Source: Polyangiales bacterium | GTDB lineage: Bacteria > Myxococcota_A > Polyangia > Polyangiales > Ga0077539 | Length of the DNA stretch: 64,000 nt | NCBI GenBank assembly: GCA_044229975.1 | Contig: JBGARZ010000007.1 | Span: 128,001 to 192,000, forward strand | Direction of reading: 5' to 3' | In this document: one piece after another, positions 58,111 through 64,000 of the stretch | Layout: every line of letters starts with the position of its first letter | Position numbering within the stretch: the stretch's first letter is position 1 | The notes under the pieces: model-generated | What the model was told of the DNA's origin: nothing | The model's database searches: none | Seen by the model: the letters and a program-made list of their open reading frames with translations, nothing else | Position numbers and translations under genes: made by a program

Positions 58111-59370
58111 TCAGAGCCCCGCGGAGGCCATCGCGTCGACGATCGCCTGGCCGTCGCGCAGCCGCCCGCCGCGCTCGCGGCGCATCATCGCGGCGATGAG
58201 GTCTTCGAGTGCCTCGGGCACGTCGGCCCGCACGTCGCGCACCCGCGGGGTGTCTTCCAGCATCAGCCGCGCGATGGTCGCCATCGGCGTCGCGCCGTGG
58301 AAGGGCGACACGCCCGCGAGGCACTCGTAGGCCACGCAGCCCGCCGCGAACACGTCGCAGCGCGCGTCGGGCGTGAAGCCCTCCTTCACCTGCTCGGGGG
58401 CGAGGTAGCCCGGCGTCCCCAGCAGCATCCCGCTCTGGGTCAGCGGCGCGCTGTCGTGGTCGCGCGCCAGACCGAAGTCGATGAGCACCATCGCGTCGAC
58501 GTCGCCGCCCACCAGAAACAGGTTGGCCGGCTTCACGTCGCGGTGAACCATCCCCGCGTGGTGCACGTGCGCCAGCGCCTCGCCGACGTGACGAATCAGC
58601 CGCGTCACCTCCTCCACCGGCAGCGGGCCGCGGGTGAGGCGGCGCGCGAGGTCTTCCCCCTCCAGCCAGTCCATCACCAGGAAGTGGAAGCCTTCGCCCA
58701 CCTCGCCGTGCGCTCGGTACGGAACCACCCGCGGATGCGTGATGCTCGCCAGCGTCTGGCACTCCCGCGCGAAGCGCTCGGTCGACGTGGGTGAGCGCGG
58801 CACCAGCTTCACCGCCACCGACTGCCCCGTCTGCTCGTCCTTCCCCGCGTACACGGAGCCCATGCCGCCTTCGGCCACGCGGCGCTCCAGCAGGTAGCGC
58901 CCCGCGACGACCGTGCGCCCGGATCCCACGGCGAGCGGGAGCAGCAGCGTCGGGTTGGTGCCGCTCGTGGAGGGCTGTGTCGGGCGCTCGGAGTGGCGGT
59001 GCAGCCGCGCGCGAACCGTGTCGATGAGCTCCTCCGCCGTGAAGGGCTTCACGAGGTAGTCGTCGGCGCCGAGGTTCATCCCGCGGCGCACGTCCTTGCG
59101 GTCGGCCCCGCCGCTCAGCAGCACGAAGGGGATGCCCTTGGTCGAGGGCAGCGTGCGGAGCTGCGTCAGGGTGTCGTGCCCGTCCATCTCGGGCATCCGC
59201 ACGTCGCACAGGATGATCGCCGGCAAGAGGTCGGTGGCCAGCGCGACGCCCACCCGACCGTTCTCCGCGGGGAAGACCTCGAAGCCGTCGGACTCCAGCG
59301 CGAGGCACATCATCGCCCGGAAATCCGGGTCGTCCTCGATCACCAGCACTCGCGGCGAAGACTCCTGCAT
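58111..59370 (-). CDS. Response regulator receiver-Ser/Thr kinase fusion
   Basis: VLVIEDD, LCDVRMP, GADDYLVKPF; then EGGMGSVY, HRDVKPAN, DFG, GTPGYLAPE. Confidence 0.92.
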   Translation of the reverse strand: MQESSPRVLVIEDDPDFRAMMCLALESDGFEVFPAENGRVGVALATDLLPAIILCDVRMPEMDGHDTLTQLRTLPSTKGIPFVLLSGGADRKDVRRGMNLGADDYLVKPFTAEELIDTVRARLHRHSERPTQPSTSGTNPTLLLPLAVGSGRTVVAGRYLLERRVAEGGMGSVYAGKDEQTGQSVAVKLVPRSPTSTERFARECQTLASITHPRVVPYRAHGEVGEGFHFLVMDWLEGEDLARRLTRGPLPVEEVTRLIRHVGEALAHVHHAGMVHRDVKPANLFLVGGDVDAMVLIDFGLARDHDSAPLTQSGMLLGTPGYLAPEQVKEGFTPDARCDVFAAGCVAYECLAGVSPFHGATPMATIARLMLEDTPRVRDVRADVPEALEDLIAAMMRRERGGRLRDGQAIVDAMASAGL

Positions 59371-59439
59371 GGTCGTGTTGTGGGCTTGCACCCGTCTCTG
59401 CTCCTCCGCGGCATCAAACACTGCCGGACTCCTGAGCGG

Positions 59440-59455
59440 TGCAGCGCATGTGCCA
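59440..59455 (-). promoter_or_regulatory. Putative sigma54 -24/-12 promoter
   Basis: Minus strand TGGCACATGCGCTGCA (TGGCAC-N5-YTGC), 70 nt upstream of the REC-kinase start. Confidence 0.55.
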
Positions 59456-59628
59456 CGACGCTGCGGCGCGATCCCTCGTACCACGACCCCACTGGCGGAT
59501 CACACCTGCCTGCCCCACTGTGGCAGCGTGACACAGCGCTTGCGCCGTCACGCAATCCACGATTCGGGTAGCGTGCGACGACACAGGGGAGCGCACTCCC
59601 CACAACCACCAACAACAGGACCGCGGCA

Positions 59629-61015
<1,387 letters not shown>

Positions 61016-61041
<26 letters not shown>

Positions 61042-62110
61042 ACGACAGCGTCGCTCCGCCGCCCTCGTCGCTCTCGGCGGTGATGGCGCCGCGGTGCGCG
61101 AGCACGAGCCCGCGGGCGATGTAGAGCCCGAGGCCCGCGCCGTGGCGGCCCGAGCGCTCGCCCTTCCAATAGCGATCGAAGAGGCGCGGGAGGTGCTCGG
61201 CGGCGATGCCGGGGCCCGTGTCGGCGACGGAGAAGCGGGCGTGCTCGCCGTCGCGACGGACGCTGACGGTGATGGCGCCGCCCTTCGGGGTGAACTTCAG
61301 CGCGTTGCCCAGCAGGTTGGAGAACACCTGGAGCACGCGGTCGCGGTCGGCCATCACGCGAAGCGGCTCGACGAGGGTGGCGTCGACGGTGACCTTGCCC
61401 GCGGCGGCCTCGATGGCGGCGGCGTCGACGGCGGCGCGCACGAGGTCGTCGGCCTCGACGGGGCGCGGGGCCACCTGCACCGACCCGTTGTCGAGGCGCG
61501 AGGCGTCGAGGAGGTCTTCGATGAGGCGCTCCATGCGCTTGCAGCTCCGCGCGATGCGGTTGACGATCTCGACGTCGTTGGGGGCGGTGAGGCTGCGGCG
61601 CAGCATCGCGGCGCCCATGGAGACGGTGCCGAGGGGGCTGCGCAGGTCGTGCGAGACCACCGCGAGCACCTCGTCGCGCACCTTCGCGGCGACCACCGAG
61701 GCGCGCAGGAGACAGGCGTTTTCCAGGGCGATGGCCGAGAGCCGGGCGAACTGTTCGAGCGCGGCGGCGTCGATGCGCGGGTCGAGCCACGCGCCGCCGT
61801 GCAGCACGATGCGGCCGAGGCGGCGACCCTGTCCGTCGCGCAGGGCCTGCACGAGCCCGTCGCCTTCGGTGGGCCCCTGGCCGTCGAGCTCGGTGGCCAC
61901 GCGGGTGAGGGCGGGCAGGTCGTCGCGGGCGTCGACCTCGACGGAGACCTCGCTGGCGCCGAAGAGGGCGCGGGCCTCGACGGCGATGGCGGCGACCATC
62001 TCCTCCAGTGAGCGCGCGGCGTGGATGCGACCGCTGCACTCGACGAGCTGGTGGAGCCGCTGGGCCTGCTGGGCGAGCTGAGCCTGGGTGAGGTCGGGCA
62101 TGATCCGCAT
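61016..62110 (-). CDS. Sensor histidine kinase with a GAF-like N-terminus
   Basis: VSHDLRSPL, NLLGNALKFT, DTGPGI, GAGLGL. Confidence 0.92.
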
Positions 62111-62181
62111 GGCTTCGGTGCTTCGGGTGGCGGTGTCAAGGCGCCGCGTGATGCCGGAGGCGTGCTATCTCCGGCGCCGCC

Positions 62182-63555
62182 ATGGCCCTTGAGTGCGCCC
62201 ACTGTGGAACCCGCTGCGACGACGGCTCTCCCCGCTGCCCGAAGTGCCTCCGCGCAGGCAACCTCGTACCCGTCACCGAGGCGCCCGCGGGCGGCGGCCG
62301 GCGGATGCGCGGACCGATGATCGGTGCTGCCGTCGCGGTGGTGGCGCTTGGGGTCGGGGGAGGGTGGTACGCCCTCGGACGTCGAGCGGCTCCGGGGGCG
62401 GAGCGGGCGGTGCCGGCGGAGGTTCCGGCGCAGGCCAACGACGCGCTGTCGGTGGGCACGACGCTGGGCGAGGTGGTGGCTCGCGTGCGCGCCGAGCGGG
62501 ACCCGGTGTCGCGCGCGCGGCGGGCCGCAGAGCTGGTGCACCAGCGTCGGCGGGCGAGGGTGACGGGGGAGGGGGAGGAGGTTCCGCCGCCGCGGTCGGC
62601 GGAGCTGGTGTGGGGGGTGCTGCCGTCGGAGCGCGAGCGGGTGAGCTCGCTCGACCTGGCGCGGCTGGTGGCGGCGCTGCTGCGCGCAGCGGGGGACGCG
62701 GGCGTGACCGTGGCCGAGCGGACGGCGCCCGCGCGGGCCGACGAGCCGGTGGACCCGACGGGGATGCTCGGGAGCTTCGTGGTGCGCGCGGGCGAGCACG
62801 TGGTGGAGGTCACCGAGGGGACGCTCACGGCGCAGGCGAGCGTCGGGCACCAGTCGCTCGACAACGCCTCGCTGGCGGGCGCGATCGCGGCGCAGTCGGC
62901 GCTGGAGCTGGCGACCAACCGCGGTCCGCGCGACCGGGCGCAGCAGTACGCCTCGGCGGCGGTGGACGCGTGGACGACCTCGCCGACGCCGCTCATGGCG
63001 CGGGCGAGGGTGTGGATCGAGGTGGGCGGTTCGAGCGGCCTCGACCTCGCCGACGCCGACCTGCGGGCGGCCATCGCGCTGCGTGATGACCCGGCGGCGC
63101 ACCTCGCGCGGGCGCGGGTGCTGCTGGCGATGGACCGCCTCGCCGAAGCGGCGACGGAGTCGTTGCGCGCGGCCCGGATGGCCCCCGCGTGGGGCAGCGC
63201 GGCGCTGGCGATGATCGCGCTGGGTCCGGTGCTGTCGCGGCTCGACGCGTCGGCGCCGAGCGGATGCGACGGGCTGCGCCGGGGACGGGCGCCGTGGACC
63301 GACGATGCGTACGCGTTGTGCGCGCCGGACGTGGCGGCCGAGGCGCGGCGCGCGGCGGCGACGCGGCTGGTGGCGGGCAGCGACGACCCGCTGCGGGCGG
63401 CCTACGGGGTGGCGACGCTGGGCGACGGCGCGGCGGGTGAGCTGCATGATCGGCTGCGGGTGGGGCCGCGGCGCGAGGCGGCGCGGTGGCTGTTGTTGTT
63501 GGGTCACGCCGAGCTGGCGGCGCGGGTGATGGGCGACGCGGACGCGGGGCGCTGA
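62182..63555 (+). CDS. Zinc-ribbon, TM-anchored TPR-like protein
   Basis: CAHCG...CPKC; TM segment; C-terminal TPR-like helices. Confidence 0.7.
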   Translation: MALECAHCGTRCDDGSPRCPKCLRAGNLVPVTEAPAGGGRRMRGPMIGAAVAVVALGVGGGWYALGRRAAPGAERAVPAEVPAQANDALSVGTTLGEVVARVRAERDPVSRARRAAELVHQRRRARVTGEGEEVPPPRSAELVWGVLPSERERVSSLDLARLVAALLRAAGDAGVTVAERTAPARADEPVDPTGMLGSFVVRAGEHVVEVTEGTLTAQASVGHQSLDNASLAGAIAAQSALELATNRGPRDRAQQYASAAVDAWTTSPTPLMARARVWIEVGGSSGLDLADADLRAAIALRDDPAAHLARARVLLAMDRLAEAATESLRAARMAPAWGSAALAMIALGPVLSRLDASAPSGCDGLRRGRAPWTDDAYALCAPDVAAEARRAAATRLVAGSDDPLRAAYGVATLGDGAAGELHDRLRVGPRREAARWLLLLGHAELAARVMGDADAGR

Positions 63556-63559
63556 GCGG

Positions 63560-63967
63560 GTGCGCGTCGCGGTGCGGGCGGTCGCGGTGATCGCGACGGC
63601 GGGGTGGCTCGTGGGGTGTGAGCGCGCGGCGGTGGAGGATGGTCCGGTCGACGCGCGGGCGGCGATGGGGCAGTGGGTGCGGTGTGCCTTCGACGGGGTG
63701 GGCGACGCGCCGGCGGCGGGGAGCCTGGAGGGCGCGATGCGGCAGGCGCTGCGACGCGACCGGGCGCAGTGGGTGTTGCGCGCGGGGCGGTGTGAAGACG
63801 CGCTGTCGGTGCGGGGACAGACACCAGCGTGCCTCGTGGGGTTGCGGACGCGCTGGGCGGAGATGCTGCCGGTGGTGCAGCGGGCGAGCGACGACGCGAT
63901 CGAGACGGACGTGGCGGTGCGGCGCGTGGGCGAGGCATGGAGCGCGGCGCGGCGCGGGTGCCCGTAG
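63560..63967 (+). CDS. Hypothetical lipoprotein
   Basis: Lipobox LVGC; co-directional with the upstream gene. Confidence 0.6.
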   Translation: MRVAVRAVAVIATAGWLVGCERAAVEDGPVDARAAMGQWVRCAFDGVGDAPAAGSLEGAMRQALRRDRAQWVLRAGRCEDALSVRGQTPACLVGLRTRWAEMLPVVQRASDDAIETDVAVRRVGEAWSAARRGCP

Positions 63968-64000
63968 GAACGCTGGTGCTCACCCTCGACAACCGCACCG

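Noticed and set aside
59529..59544. Plus-strand sigma54-like TGACACAGCGCTTGCG upstream of the NtrC gene
   Set aside because: The invariant -24 GG is GA

Overview
Very GC-rich, gene-dense bacterial chromosome segment. Gene content points to Myxococcota, probably Polyangia-like (inference): several Hanks-type Ser/Thr kinases, Cys-rich lipoproteins, a sigma54 activator and a GRRP/ferritin-like lipoprotein. About 58 probable CDS, including cysS, uppP, zapA, a pncA-like amidase, livM with a fused livG-livF, an NtrC/histidine kinase pair, a GluR0-type K+ channel and an orphan vgrG-effector-DUF4280 cluster. No rRNA, tRNA, CRISPR array or intact transposase/integrase was seen. Highlights: (1) two paralogous zinc-ribbon lipoproteins with repeated xYGxP(P) motifs, resembling radical-SAM splicease substrates, each next to a non-heme metal oxidative enzyme; (2) a divergent lipoxygenase with Mn-LOX-like ligand spacing and a C-terminal Tyr; (3) a CHAP-like effector between vgrG and DUF4280 with no adjacent immunity gene; (4) a ~6.5 kb mosaic island bounded by duplicated gene ends and holding scraps of an IS91 transposase, Uma2 and H+-PPase, plus an SMI1/KNR4-NusG KOW fusion; (5) a CysRS with insertions on both sides of its KMSKS motif; (6) six long inverted-repeat (REPIN/MITE-like) elements in three families. 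All calls come from reading motifs by eye; no database searches were run.
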